A stretch of 64,000 nt of DNA, from NCBI RefSeq assembly GCF_009914755.1, contig NC_060936.1; one strand, written 5' to 3'. The notes under the pieces were generated by a model that had not been told where the DNA came from, searched no databases, and saw nothing but the letters and a program-made list of their open reading frames with translations. Positions 1 through 14,493 of the stretch are shown piece after piece; the stretch's first letter is position 1, and each line of letters starts with the position of its first letter. This DNA is from the human T2T-CHM13v2.0 reference genome, Homo sapiens. Made by a program: the position numbers and the translations under genes.

Positions 1-548
1 TTTTTGGTATTTTTAACTTGAAGCTCTGTTGTAAGTGCGTACACATTTAAGGGATATTATGTCTTCCTGGTAAGTTGGCCTTTTTATCATTATTTAACAT
101 ACATTTCTTAGCCCTGGTAATATTTTTTAATTGCTCTGAAGTGTACTTATTCTGATGGTAAGGTAGCCACTCCAGCTTCTCTTTGTTTACTTTTTGCATG
201 GTATATCTTTTTTCACCTGTATGTTTCCTGTAGACAGCATATAGTCTTTTTTTTGTTTTTTTAACCATTTTGACAATCTCATTCTTTTGGACTATCTATA
301 TCTAATATAATTATTGTTCTATTTGGATTTAGATAAACCCTTTGCTTTTTTAAATTTTCTGTTTGTTCCATTTGCTTTTTCACTCATGTGATTGATTCTT
401 CTTTCCTGCCATCTTTTGGATTATCTGACTACTTTTAATATTGCATTTTACTTATTGAGTTTTTTAGTATATTCTTTGTGTATTTTTTTTTAGAGATTAC
501 TTTAGGGATTACAATGCACATTCTTAACTTTTCAGAATTTACTTATTA

Positions 549-1003
549 TGTCAGTTTCCTGGGGCTCCTATAATAAATTGCCACAAACTGTAGCTTAAAA
601 TACCAGAAATTTATTCTTTCATGGTTCTGGAGGTTGGAAGCCCCAAATCTCAAGGTATCATCAGGGCCGTAAATCCTTTGAAGGGTATAGAGAAGAAACC
701 TTCCTTCTAGTTTTGGTGGTTGCCAGCAATCGTGTTCCTTGGCTTATCCCTGCATCACTCCAGTCTCTGCCTCTGTTTTCACATGGTCTTCTTTCTCTTC
801 CCACTGTGTTTCTGTACTTAATCGCTCCTTTCTTTTGTGAAGACACAAGTCATTGGATTTAGGGCCTTCATAAATCCAGTATGACTTCCTGTTAATTTGG
901 TGAGATTTGCAATGACTCTGTGGCCAAATAAGGTGAAATTCAGAGGTCCTGGGGGTTAAGTCTTGAACACATCTTTTTTGAGTACACAACTCACTGCACT
1001 GCA
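549..1003 (-). mobile_element. MLT1C-like MaLR LTR
   Basis: agtttcctggggctcctataataaattgccacaaactg...gaaatttattctttcatggttctggagg...gtcattggatttagggcc matches the MLT1 reverse complement. Confidence 0.8.
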
Positions 1004-1190
1004 CTTATATCACTTCAAGTGGAATGTGGAAACCTTGTCAGCATGTAGTTCCCTTTACTCATCCCCTTTTATGTTGTAGTTTCATATGTATTACATTTGT
1101 ATACTTCAGATACTCGTCACACAGTGAGGTCACTTGCTTTCAACTATCATCATGTTTTAAAGGATTTAAGAGGAAAAGAATAGTCTATCA

Positions 1191-1437
1191 CAGGGATTGC
1201 AAACTATGGCTGCAGGCCAAGTCTAGCCTGACATCTGCTTTTTGTAAATAAAGTTTTATTGGAATACTGCCACATTTGTTAGTTTATATATTGTCTCTGG
1301 CTGCTTTTGCACTACAATGCAGAATTGATTAGTTACAATGGAGACTGTTAGGCTTGTGAAACTTGAAATATTTTCTATCTGGCCCTTTACAAAGTATTTA
1401 CTATCTGACCCTTTACGAAAAAGTTTGCCAACTCCTG
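1191..1437 (+). mobile_element. MER58A (hAT-Charlie MITE)
   Basis: TIRs cagggattgcaaact / agtttgccaactcctg; core tttttgtaaataaagttttattggaa; degenerate 8-bp TSD gtctatca/gtctgaca. Confidence 0.85.
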
Positions 1438-1856
1438 GTCTGACATGTACACACACATATTTTCCATTTTTTTCCCATTCATTCATAAAACTCTAAGTTT
1501 TCTACCGGTATTATTTTCATTTTGTCCAAAGAATCTTCCTTTCTTTATAGCAGGTCTGCTAGCAATGAATTCTCTTAGTTTCTTTCATCCGAAAGTGTCT
1601 TTATTTCACCTTTGTTTTTGAAGGATGCTTTTGATCCATGTAGAATTCTGGGTGGACAGTTCTCTCGGTAGCAATTAGCTAGAGTAGAGTAGCAGCAACT
1701 GCCTTCTTTAGGTGGTCTGTGGACCTTCCAGTTTGCCATACTTTTTGATACTTTCTCTTGTCTCTTTGACATTGATACCCACTGCCATTCTTGATATTTA
1801 CTATTGTGCCTATGTGGTGGTTTTTCTTATCAAAGGATCAGAAGAAAGTAAAATTT

Positions 1857-2167
1857 ATTTGTTATTTTCTGAGACAGGGTCTTGTTCTTTTTCCCAGGCT
1901 GGAGTGCAGTGGTGCAGTCAGGGCTCACTTGCAGCCTTGAACTTCTGGGCTCAAGTGATCCTCCCACCTTAGCCTCCCAAGTAGTTGGGACTACAGGGTG
2001 CGTGTGCCATCACGCTCAGCTTATTTAAAAAAAATTTTTTTTTTTTTGGTAGTGATGGGGTCTCACTATGTTGCCTGGTCTGGCCTCGAACTCTGGGCTC
2101 AAGTGATTTTTCCTACTTTGGCTTCCCAAAGTGCTGGGATTACAGGTGTGAGCCACCACACCTAGCC
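1857..2167 (-). mobile_element. AluJ
   Basis: Dimeric antisense Alu with J-type gagacagggtct/gcagccttgaac/gggctcaag; TSD aagtaaaattt. Confidence 0.9.
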
Positions 2168-2774
2168 AGAAGTAAAATTTTTACTGTACTCCTGTTTCTA
2201 TGTAGTGGGAAAACAAAATCATAAGTCCGTGTTTCAAGAAATGTGGGAGAAACAATAATTTTTAATGGCATTTGGAATGTTTATACATGTCCGGTATGCA
2301 AAAAGGATCATACCTGTTTTCAGACTTGTCTTTTTAAACACTTGAGTTGGCATCTTATGCTGCAACATATATTTTCAAAATGCTTTAACATCTCACCCAT
2401 CATTTTCTTTTTCAAAGTAGCACTTTTTCCTGTATAATTTATGTCTTTCCCTAATAACTTTTTGGCATATATTTTCAGTGTCTTTGCCCTGTCTTGCTTT
2501 CTTATAGCCAAGTCACATCAAAGTTGATTTAGCCCTGGGTTGTGAATCAGAAATGCTGGATTCTGTTTTCTCTCACTCTGTCACTAATTAGCTGTGTGTA
2601 TGAGACCTTGAACAAGGTTAGGCCTACCAGACTACAATGTATCTCTGAAACAAGGTGTTTAAACTCAATTTCGCTCTGAAGCTTTTTTTTTTTAAGCTTT
2701 TTTTTTTTTTAAGGTCTTTACTATTCGAAGTTACTCTCTGCCAACAACCTTGTTCATGCTGTGATATTCTCATC

Positions 2775-3262
2775 CAGAGGTTATTAATATTTTTTGTTCC
2801 ATGAACCTTTTTGGCTCTCTGGTGAAGAATGTGGACCCCTTCTCAATAATAGTTTACATGTGCAAAATTAAATACATATGCTTATGAGGTCACCGGTTAT
2901 ATTGGAGTACAGTTTTTAAAATATTGACTAAACAAACTCAGTAACATGCATATCAACACGAAGTCTACTGGTATATAGTATTAATAACTTTTAGACTTGT
3001 GATGAATATAAATGATAATTTGAGATTTGAAGCAACTAAAGTGATATGAAAATATCTGTGGTTTCTAGTGGTAACAAAAATCATCACAGGTGCCTCTAGC
3101 ACCACTGTGGCTTGTTACCTACATTTTAAATTAAGGAAATACTAAATTTCAGTTAGAGGTTTGTAAAATTAAAGCTCTAGCTTTTTTACCCCAGCCAAGT
3201 TTATGTACCTTCTGCATTCAGTCAAAAGACTGAAGATTTATAGAACCTGGTTAAGAATTCTG
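2775..3262 (+). mobile_element. Charlie4a-like hAT DNA transposon
   Basis: ctggtgaagaatgtggaccccttctca...gtgatatgaaaatatctgtg...ctaaatttcagttagaggtt...ggttaagaattctg; degenerate TIRs. Confidence 0.7.
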
Positions 3263-4399
3263 TCTTTTCCAGCCCATGAGACATTTGGCTTAGTGCCTAA
3301 TATATATTAGGTGAACATAAGTTATGTGTAATACATATGAAATACATTCCTCAGTGAAAAAGTATTGCTAATAAAGGTTTTAATATTATTGCCATTTGTG
3401 ACCTTGTGTTAATTATAATTAGTGCTTTATAAATCCATAGAGAACAATTGGCAAACACAGAGTTTTATTTACTACCTGGCATATAGTAGGGCTCAGTATT
3501 TTTGGAAGGAAGTTAGAAGAGTCTCTGATTATTAGTATCAATGATTTTTGACCATTTTATTTTTAAATACTTGTTTCAAAATCTCTGGTAAATTTCTGTG
3601 TGAAATAATTTGTTTACTTTAGTATTTCTTGACAGGGAATACAGGTATCCCCTATAAATGGCAAGCTGCTATAGTTATCCTTAGTATAACACATGATAAA
3701 CTGAAACTTAGTTCTTAGATAAATAAAGCAAACAATACGTTTGTCTGCACTGCCTGAAAATTTTGAATTGCACAATTTTTCAAATATTCTCAATTCAGTA
3801 GCAGTGAAACAACACATATTGAGGTTAAAGTTCTTTACATTAATAGTATACTACCACTGTTCTTAGAGTAGACTCATACCCCTACTTCTTTGATTCTAGG
3901 TTTACTCTAATTTTAATGTTTCTCCTGGAAATGTAAGTCCTAAGTTTTTATAGGGCTTTTTAGTTGCCTTCTTCCTCCTCATAGGAAAATATCCATTTGT
4001 TAAATAAAGATATTAATATATACAGAAATATGTTTGTAACCAATATTCTTAAACCTACACTTAACTGACCCACTCTTTTAAACAAACCATTATTTTAGAT
4101 TCTTAGTCCTGAGTATTCTGAGCATTTATAGCTAGTAAACTACTCTCTAGTTTACCCTTGTACCCTTTTCTCCACCAGGTTAGTTATATGCCTAACAAGA
4201 ATCAGTTTTTATGCCAATGTTAATGTAATTTTTACTTTAAATGTGATCTAAGTGAATAAAATATGAGCACAGAAAGATAGAACTATTGTTTTAATGAAAA
4301 GCACGGTGAATGGTTCGGAAGGACTTATATAAAGTTCTTTACAAATTGCTAAAGGATTAGGTGTGGATAAGCCCAGAGGTTTAGGAAACTTTTGGTTCA

Positions 4400-5180
4400 A
4401 TTGACTAAACAGTATGGAAAACTATTTTCTCACATATCTGGAGGAATGGAAGCTTTTGTGTGGTTGGTTAATGCAGTGGTTTAATAATTAATTCCAGGGT
4501 CAGATTCTTTCTGTTTGTTCTGCCATTGTCAGAGTGTCAGCTTGTCCACAGGCTAGCTCTCTTTATGGTTACAAGATGGATATAGTAGCTCTAGTTGTGC
4601 TATTCTGATATAACAACACCTATTGGGGAAAGAGGGTCTGTTTTTTCTTTCTTTCCTAGAATCCTACCATCAGTTTTTCCCTTATGTCTCACTAGCCAGG
4701 ATTGGTTTAAATGCCCTTTCATAAATCAATTACTGACAAGAGGGATAGGATTACCAAATTGGCTTACACTGATCACATTTCCTTTTTTTTTTTTTTTTTT
4801 TTTGAGACAGGGTTTCTTGCCCAGGCTGGAGTGCAGTGGCACAATCTCAGCTCACTGCAACCTCTACCTCCCAGGTTCAAGCGATTTTACTGCTTCTGCC
4901 TCCTGAGCGACTGGGATTACAGGCACCCACCATCACGCCTGGCTAATTTTTGTATTTTTAGTAGAGATGGGGTGTGCCATGTTGGCCAGACTGGTCTTGA
5001 ACTCCTGACCTTAGGTGATCAGCCCGCCTCAGCCTCCCAAACTGCTAGGATTACAGGCGTGAGCCACTGTGCCCGACCAGCATTTACTCTTGAACCATGT
5101 GGGAAAGTTTGAATATTTGGACAACTATGGTGGTCACAGATAGAAGGGCTTTTAGAGTGTCAACCAGGAGTGTTTGCTAT
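4400..5180. mobile_element. Old MLT1 (K/L-like) LTR interrupted by an Alu
   Basis: atggttacaagatgg...cccttatgtctcactagccaggattgg...atcaattactgacaagagggataggattacc resembles old MaLR LTRs. Confidence 0.5.
4783..5078 (-). mobile_element. AluS
   Basis: Poly-T followed by a dimeric antisense Alu. Confidence 0.93.
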
Positions 5181-5574
5181 GGTGAGACAGCTATTAAAAA
5201 ATTAGAAAGTATTTGTTAAATTTCAGAAAGATTCTGCTATTTATTTGCCTTTAAGGTCTTGTTCAACTTTAAACAAAATTGAAACTGGACATCTTAAAAG
5301 ATGCATTATAGATGTGCATTATACAAAAAATGATGTGAAAAGTTAATTACTAATCCTACACTCAAAAGCTTGTCCTACGTCAGACTATCAAGGGGGAATA
5401 AATGTCCATTTGTATTTTAAAAGTATTTGATTTGGCAGGAACTAACTTTTAAAATTAACCTTCCGGTTGCTGGTCTTTTTCTTACTAGACAAGGTGCTTC
5501 TGCTGCAGTCCTTGTAAGGAAAATGATGTTTCCATAAAATTAAAGTTAGTAAAGGATTTAGTATATTTCTTGTG

Positions 5575-6850
5575 CTTCATTTATTCAGTAAAATGTATCT
5601 GTTATGTATCACTTATTGTAGGTACTTGTGATAACAGTGATAAGCTTAATAGACAAGGTTCTTCTGCTTAAGGAACTTCAGGGATACAGACAGAAAACAA
5701 ATGAGAACAAAATTCAGACTGTTGGGTGTTCAGTGAAGGCCTTTCTGAAAAGAGATAGTCAAGCAGACATGTTAACGTCAAGAAGCAGTTTGGCATTTGG
5801 AGATTTGGGGTAAGATCGTTGAAAAGGAGCAGCAAATATAAAGGCCCTAAATTGAGAACTGACTGGATGTGTTTGAGAAACACAAAGAAAGGCAATATGG
5901 CTAGTACTTACTGAGATATTCTCACTTCTTTTCTTACTCTTTGTTTTCTTACCTATCATTAGTAATCACTATATTGCTTATACCGTTAAGTCTGTTGCTT
6001 CTCTCATGCTTCTTAATACTCACAACTTTTGGTTAAGTCTGCTTCTACCTATACTGTTCCTGCATCCCTGCAGTTGTGTGTGGCTAGAGAACACCAGCCT
6101 CCCATGGGTCCTTAGTACTACTTGGCAATTCTACCTACTGTCGTTCCTCTAATCCCTTCACTCTCCCTTTCTTAGAAGACCTTTTCCTCCCTCCTCAGAC
6201 CTGTAACACTTCCTCCCATATTCTTATGCTCACCCGATAACTTCATTTCTTATTTTACTAAGAAAACAGAAACAGCTGAATGAGAACTTCCATAGCTTTT
6301 ATTACTATGGCCTACCTGAATCTGTTCCTGTTTACTATCTTTGTTTCTGTTTCTATTGATGATATATCTTTGTGCCTATCTAAGGCCATTCTCTTATTAA
6401 TGCCATCCACATCTGCTCAGAGTCATTACTCCAGTAATTTCTCTCTCTCCATCTTGTATCATCAGCATTTCCCTCTGTGCCATAATTTTTCCTGTCTTTA
6501 AAAAAAGCCTTCTGTCAACGCTAAATTTTTTCAGCTATTACCATTTTTCACTTTTATGGCAAAACTTCTTGAAAATGATGTCTGTACTTTGTCTCCAGTT
6601 TCTCTCTTCCTGTTCTCTTGTGAATCCAGTCTAGTTAGTACATTTATTTCACCAAAGCTATCTACGAAGATTACCAAGTAGGTGATCTCCATGCTGCAAT
6701 CCAAAGATTAATTCTCATCTTTTTTTTTTAGTCAACAGCATTTTGAAACAGTTGATTACATTCTTCCTTGAACCACTTATTCCAGTTAACTTTCAAGATA
6801 TCTACCATACTCTCTTTGGTTTTCATCTCCCTCGCTGGCTGCTCCTTCTC
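5575..6850. mobile_element. L2 fragments
   Basis: ttcatttattcagtaaaatgtat..., gatgtgtttgagaaacacaaagaaaggc and gcattttgaaacagttgattacattcttccttgaa are typical decayed L2. Confidence 0.55.
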
Positions 6851-8139
6851 TAAACCATGAACTAGACCATGCAGATATATTATTTTCATTTATAATAGGA
6901 AATTAAATCACACAGAAGCTAAGCAACTTGTGTAAACAGATGTACTTTTCGGGCAGCAGGAAGACTAGAAACAGCCCCTGTTGTCTGAATTTCAGACCCC
7001 AGTTTTATTTAAGCCCATATCAAATGAAGAGCTTTTAATTTTCAAGCCTGTGGTTCAGAAATTATTGAACTTTTGTCGTTTAAGATCAGTAGGATTCCCT
7101 TTATAAGTATTCACTTCATTTGAAACTTTTAAGCCACAGTAGAAGAAAATTTCTGTCTCGAGATGGTGGGCCTTTTAGATAGACCTGACTCTCTACTTAT
7201 AGTAAATTTTGTGTATCAGATGTGTAGAATCCTCCTTGGAGTATGGATGTGAGACAACTGTACAGTTGAGTTAAAAGTAGTACCACTGTGGAAAATGGAA
7301 GACACATACAACATTGTTATAAAACATTATGACAACCAGAGAGCAAATTCATTTCAATAGATTATTGTTAAGTTGTATTTGTTTTTCTTTGTAGATATAG
7401 GCAACTTTTCATTTTACATGCTAATTATAGGTCTGTGAAACCCATATTACTAAAATACTCAGAGAAACTGTTCTTAGTTAATATGGCAATTTTCCCAGAC
7501 CAGGTATGGTATTCTTGAGTTTTATTTATTTTTATTTCACTGAAATTCTTGAGTTTTATTTATATTTATTTCATCTGTCCATCAACTCAGAATTTTTAAA
7601 ACATCCATGTGATCAAGCAAAAAATTAGTTCATAAGGGCAAGGAAATATTTATGTGACTGCAGTCTACCTATTAAGAAAACATTGCTTGATGTAGTTCTA
7701 GAATTTGAGGAACCCTTATTTTAAAGATAATGGCTAAATGCATTTACTGCATGTTTTATTGAGCTCCAGTGAAATCGGTCACATCTTGTAGTTTGTCCTA
7801 ATTAATAGCCACCCCAGAATGTAATGTCTTCTGTTAAAAAAAGAGAAAACCTGTTCAGCTGGTTCAGCTGTCTTAGCCTAACCAAATTCATATTTTAACT
7901 TTGAGTATGGTAATGACTACCAAATTACAGATATTTTAGATACTATTTTCAGCTTCTAAAAGGTTTGGGCATTGTTTAAATACTATTGAGTAATGAAGTG
8001 GGATGAGGGGAACATGGGGAAGGTTTTTTAAAAAGTTTAAAAGAAGAAAAAGTTAAAAAAGATTCATCTAAGTCATTTTATTTTATAGCTTAGGAAACTA
8101 AGGCCAGAGAGAAGTAATTGATCTATTTTTTGGGTTTGT

Positions 8140-9000
8140 AATTTTGCCTTTTCCATAATGTCATATTAATGGAATTGTTCAACGTGTGGCCTTTGGGGTC
8201 TGGTTTGTTTCCTGTAATGTAGCAAAAATGCACTTAAGATTCATCCATCTTGCATGAATTAACAGCTTCTTCCATTTTGTTGTTGAGAGTATTCTGTTGT
8301 GTAGATACTCTGTTTATCCATTCACCTATTAAAGGACATCACGTCTTCACTGGAATGAAGTACATCTTCATACATGTACTGGTTTTGGTGTGAACCTGTT
8401 TTCAGTTTATACTGGTAAATAACTTTGGGGCATAGTTGCTGAGTTGTATGGTAAGCTTGTGTTTACCTTTATAAGAAACTGCCTAACCTTCTAACATGGC
8501 TGTACTTACCTTCATTTTTGAAAGATATTTTAGCTGGGCTTAGAATTCTTTGTAGATAGTTTTCTTTTCTTTTCTATACTTTAAATATATTGAACCACTC
8601 TCCTCTGATTTGCATTGTTTCTGATGAGAAGTCTGATGTCATTCCTACCTTTGTTACTCTATGTATTTTTTTCCCCTGCTTTAAGATTCTTGTTTATTGC
8701 TGTTTTGCAGCTATTTTACTCTGAGATGTTGTGATCATGTGGTTTTGTTTTTGTTATTCTCTTTAGAGGTTGTTGAATTTGGATCTGTGGGTTTATAGTG
8801 CTCATCAAATATATTTAAAAAATTTAGTTCCAGTTTCCCCTCCTTGTGCTTCAGCCTCAAAACTACAGGCAGTGAGCTGGGTGTACTACGTTTGTTCTTT
8901 TTCTTGACGATCTCTGTCCTGAGAAGATTGTTGTGTGATGTCTGGAAACCATTGTTTCATATATTTTGTCTAGTTTTCTGTTTATTTAAGGTAGAAGGGT
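8140..9000 (-). mobile_element. Old L1M fragments
   Basis: gtttatccattcacctattaaaggacat..., ttttataagaaactgcc, tttctgatgagaagtctgatgtcattc. Confidence 0.6.
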
Positions 9001-11537
9001 AAACATAGCCTCCTTTTTTCATCATGAAATACATCCTTGCCTTATAGAAAATTTCATTGTAGTTTTGCAAATATTTGTCTTTTCTGAATTCTTGAATATA
9101 GGACTTGGTGGGAGAACAGTGTATAAACCTTAATAAATTTTGGCACCTAGGGTGCATGCTGTCTCTCATACTTGTTCCTTTTCACAGATTGTGTCTCTCT
9201 TTGACGTATTGTACATCCTTTCATTTCCAATATGAAGGTTATCAACAGAATTTATTGCTGAATATTTTTATTTAATATAGTACAGTGAAGATAGTGGTGA
9301 CAGATGTTAACTTTTCATGTTTATTTGGAAGAAAATACAGTGTCTTCAGTCATTTTTCTTTTTTGTTTATTAAAAGGAGATAATGATTCTTAGTTCACTA
9401 TAGAATATTAGCTCCCACATTGATTAGAGTATATAATGGCTATGGATTGAAACTCCAGGCCATGAAATATTTCCAGTTATCCCCAGAAGAGGAAACAAAG
9501 CAAATAATAAATAGATTTTCCCTTTATACAAAAATCCATAATTCTTCAAAGTGAACTTTTATCTGGTAAATTCTTACAGATTAAATATTAATACGTATTG
9601 TTGTGGTGTTAGCCTATAAATTTCAGTCATTATTTTTTGTATATAATTAGGTTGTATTAAAGATGTATACAGCATTAGGGTATTGAAAATTATCTTACCT
9701 GATTATAGATTTCCAACATTCTTTTGCTGACATTAATATAATTGGAGGTAATTCGTAGACCCTAAATATTATATAAGAAGGAAAACATTTTATTCTATAA
9801 GTACTGACTGAAATTTTGCATTTATTATCCACTGAATTCAGAGTCACCATGTATGTATTAATGGTAAGGCATGTACTACTTTACAATTTAATATTATACA
9901 ACACTAATATTAAAACGGTTAATATTTAGGGGATGCATAATAAAATAATCTTGCTTTCTTTTTGTGACAATCGTGAAAATTTGAGTTGGAGCCAAATGTG
10001 CGTCATTTAACAATTCCTGAATATCCAATTCATTTGTAACTTTCCTTATGAATAACCTCATTGCTTGCTAAATGATAAAGATTACATTTATAATAGTAAA
10101 TATGCTTTAAAACTTTACTCCTTTGTTATTTTTGAAAGAGATATTTAATTCCAAAGGTATTTATAAATTTGGTAATCAATAATTACAATTTTGTCATACA
10201 GCCTGACTGAAGTATTTTGGCTAAACGTACACTGTAAGATAGTCAGACTTAAGTAAAAATACAACTCCCACTACCTTTGTGATGAAACATAAAAGAGGAG
10301 CCAGAAGATAGGTTTTTGTCACCTGGGTTCTTTTTAAAACTTAAATTTAGTAATATTCATTTTTAATTTTTTTTTAAATGTTCTGCCCGTATAGATTGCT
10401 TTTTAGAGGTACTCCATATATATGTGTACATGTGTGTTTGTTGGTTTTAATAATTCTAATTCACTCTCCTTATAAATTATAGATTAGATGTTATCTCCTC
10501 ACAAAATGTTTGTTGATATTAAATAATAGCTCTGAATTTGAATACCAATGTTTAGTGGCTAGCAAGATTATTAGTTCAGTAGGTATGCATACTACTTCCT
10601 TAGGGAGAATGCTTAACAAAACTTAGGTAAGAGATATCTGTCTTGAAAATGCATATTTACAAATTCTTTGTAGACCCACCTTTGAATATTTGAACTCTCA
10701 TTTTCAATATTCATTTTAAAGACAGCATTTCTTGTGACTGTCACCTCAGCTTCAGTGCTTTTTTTATTTTTATTTTTTATTTTTTGGTGGGAGGTGGTAC
10801 CTGGAGTGCAAGTCATTTTGACTTATTTATATCTCTGCAGTTTAAGAAATCATCCCCATTATTTTTTCGCCCAATGTAAAAAAGTGAATTCCCTATTGGA
10901 GTATGCATGAAATTGGATGACTGAAAGACAAAAGCATCAAAGGAAGTTGACATTTTTTGCTCTTCTTTTTGGAGTAAAGTTTAATAGATTATTGAGTTAT
11001 GTTTGTATCTCTTAATCGTGTTAAGAATATATGTTGCATTCTCATTTTGTTGCATGGGAATAAACCTACACAGAATGAATCGGTAGCTGTGTGAATAACT
11101 TGTATTTCTATCTATCATATATAATCATTTGGAGGGGAAGGATTTATAGTTAAATGATTGAATGTGAATTGTATATTTTTGAGATAACTGGAGAAGATTC
11201 ATGTAAAAGAAAAAAATATGTCAGTTGTGGGAGGGGTAAACTTTTTTGTCCACTTCATTTTTTATTCACTGTAAATTTCTCCCTTGTGTGTGATGTCTGG
11301 CAGACAGTCTTAATTGAAGAAAGTAGAAGTGGGTAGGAAGAATGTTTCATATTTAATAATTTCTGTTGCAAATAAAGTATGCCAGTCTAGCCCGCGAAAA
11401 TGGTTACGAGGAAGACTAGAGTATAGAACAATTACTTTTTGTTTTTTGTTTTCTGTGTATCATATTGAATATTTTTGCTGCTGTTGATATATTTACATGT
11501 TAGTAATTTTGATGGCTTTTGGATAATTCCACTCTAG

Positions 11538-11632
11538 AGGGAGACGTGGTGGGCGGTCCTTCCTGTGACACGACCCTTGAGTGACAGTTCTATTTGATTG
11601 CCTCCGGTACTGTGAGGAAAGGACACGACTCT
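11538..11632 (+). other. CNOT2: 5'UTR portion of CNOT2 exon 2 (first coding exon)
   Basis: Acceptor ctctag|AGGGAG at 11537/11538; locally GC/CpG-richer segment with no upstream ATG, leading to the start codon at 11633. Confidence 0.85.
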
Positions 11633-11680
11633 ATGGTGAGGACTGATGGACATACATTATCTGAGAAAAGAAACTACCAG
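11633..11680 (+). CDS. CNOT2: CNOT2 first coding exon (aa 1-16, MVRTDGHTLSEKRNYQ)
   Basis: Manual translation matches the recognised CNOT2 N-terminus; donor CAG|gtaaga, phase 0. Confidence 0.95.
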
Positions 11681-14493
11681 GTAAGACCAGTCTTTCTTCT
11701 TTTTTCTCTATTGGTCTTATAGCTACATTGAAACTGTTCAAATGTGTTATATGTAATTGGAACCAGCAAATTGGTTACACCTCAATTTGAAAATTTGGGT
11801 TTATAATTTTAAATTAAGTACTGGATTTGATAGTTGAAATAGTTGGGAACACTTTTCAAAATAAAGCATATTCATAATGTATATTTTTTAGTGTCAAATC
11901 AGGTTTTCTGAGATATTTGTCAAAACTTAGATTATTTGATATACAAGTTATGACTTCATGACTGAATTCAAAATGGTAAAAACAAAAGTGTTGATTGCTT
12001 TTACGTATATTATTCCTGGAAGACTAAACCCGAAGTCTTGTGCTATATTTTGGATAACAAAGTATATATCACAGAAATGTAGGCAAAATTGAGTAGAGTA
12101 TAGAAGAAATAGAAATGAGAAACCCAGGGTGCTTAGAGACCCAAATTCTATTGAATTTGTTATTAGTTTGCTGTCCTTAAATGCTAGATTCTTGTTTTCT
12201 CATTTAATAAGGTGGTTAATAATATTCATTCCTTATTCAGTGTGTAGGAAGGCTGGAAGAATAGTGGAAATGTAACATTGCTATTTCTGAGCTTTGAAAA
12301 GAAGGTGAATTTTAAAGATTGTGCTATTAAACAGTGATTTAAAGAAAACCAACATATTTGAATTTAGTTTTTTAAAGGAAATATCCTTTATTCATTTGAT
12401 AGTGATCTGTTATCACATTTATTTAGTTATCCAGAATACAGAATACTTTAAAGTTTGAGTACAAATAAACTTTTAGGCTTCCTGCACAGATATGTGTCCA
12501 ACCTCCCCACCTCCCACACTTCCTTTCACTCATCAGTTCATTCCCTCTAGGTTGTGAAGGCAGCTAGTATGATAGCAGCAGCTTTGGTTAACTAACTGTT
12601 TATCTGCTAACCATTTATTTTAGCCCAGTTAATCTTTTCTTCCCTCAAATTGGAAAAGTTAGCAGTGGAGCAAATTGTAAATTAGTCTTTTTGGTGTATG
12701 GTATAACAAAGAGGCTTTGATTATAAGATCTGGGTTCTGGTTTAGGCACTGTTCCTAATTAAAAATAATGTCATATTTAACCTTTCTAGAATTTCTTCTA
12801 ACTTGGTATCTAAAGTTTCTTGCCAGATCTTTATGATTTTAATAAGCCAGAGAAAACTGAGGGTATGCTGAATCAGTTTTCTCTGTAACCTTTCTTCTGA
12901 GTTGTCCTCATAGACTTGACCAACATAGCCTTTGCTAATGATCTGTACTCAGGTGTAGCTCCTGCTTCCCACCCACTTCCAATTACCTTGACTCATAAGA
13001 TTTTAATTGGTCACACTTCTTGGACTTCTGCATCTTTTGGTAGGTTCTGCCAAATTATTTTAAGAATTTTGTGATTCTGAATTATATGGCTTTTCAGTGC
13101 TCATAATCCAATTTGTAAAGTGTGAATGTAGAATTTTTATGTGATTACACACTATAGTTAATTTGTCTCATGGAACCACATTAATATAGAATTCCAAAAT
13201 TTATACTTAAGAAAGAAAACAGAATTATGTTTTATACATGAAGAGATTTGCTTATTCTTGCTCTTTCTACACTAAAAGTACTCCATTGTTTCAGTCATAT
13301 TATTTACAAATAATCCAGGTTTTTGAGCATACCTGGAAAATGCATTTTTGGTTATGGGTTTGCTGCCTCAAAATGTTTTCCCTTTTCTCTCTTCGTTTAT
13401 TGATACATAATTGTACGTATTTATGGGGTACATGTGGTATTTTGTTACATGTATAGAATGTCTATATAAGAATGTATGGGAAATTCAAAGGAATGTTCAT
13501 CACTAAAGTAACATTTATATTTGTACTGGTAGTCTAAGAATTTTTATATTCTTAATATATTCATCATAATACCAAACAGGAAATTTTGTTTCTATACATG
13601 TGCTTTTCAGAGTAGGGTTCAAAAATAAAATAATTTTACAATCCAGCTTTAAACAGCTGTTTCCAAGGTATACTTCAATATGCATTTAGCATCACTAAGT
13701 AAAAACAAAAGAGAAAAGGGACATAGAGGGATAAATTCTAATGTTCCATAGCAGAGTAGGGTGACTATAATTAACAAGAAGGTATTGTATATTTCAAAAT
13801 AGCTAGAAGAGAGAACTTAAATCTTCCGAATTGATGAAAATGATTTTGGATTTTTAAAAATTCTACTTTGGAGGAAATTTATGTATTTTTCATAGATAAA
13901 GTAGAATTTCTTTGTGTCTATGTTTATAACCATTTTCATTTATCTTTGAGGGCTTTTGCTTTTGAGGGACACTTAATATTTTATATTTATTTGAACATTC
14001 TGATAATAGGCTAATATTGAAGAGTTTAACAAGAATTTTTGTAAAATTTATCCAGGTCTCATTTCCTTACAGACCTGATTAAAGCCTTAGGAATTAAGTT
14101 TAGGAAGGTGCATTCCCTTGGCTCTATACTAAAGATAGTGACTTTTAAATGGGCTTGGTTTGAAGTATTGATTTTTATGGTGGTATCTACTTTGTGTGTT
14201 TTCTTTCTTACTATAAGTTTAAGCCCAGTTAGGTATTTGGAGTTTGAATACAGTAGCTGAAGTTTATTTGCAGAGATAGACTGGCATATTAGTTCAGATA
14301 AAACAATTTATTATATGGCTCATGGTTCATTTTTGGATTGTCAAGCTTTTTCCAAGGAAATGCACCTTCAGTTTTTGTAACCATTTTCTTATCTTCCTCT
14401 AATTTAGACTAACTTACCCTAGCTATGAGCATGCACATGCACAAATGTAAACCATCTTAATTACCAATTTAACTAATCAATGGCTTTCCCTTT

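Larger units (their letters stand above)
1..1700 (-). mobile_element. Ancient L1M-type fragment interrupted by MLT1C and MER58A
   Basis: T-rich decayed L1 antisense sequence (e.g. tagcaggtctgctagcaatgaattctcttagtttc...tagaattctgggtggacag) on both sides of the two inserts. Confidence 0.55.
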
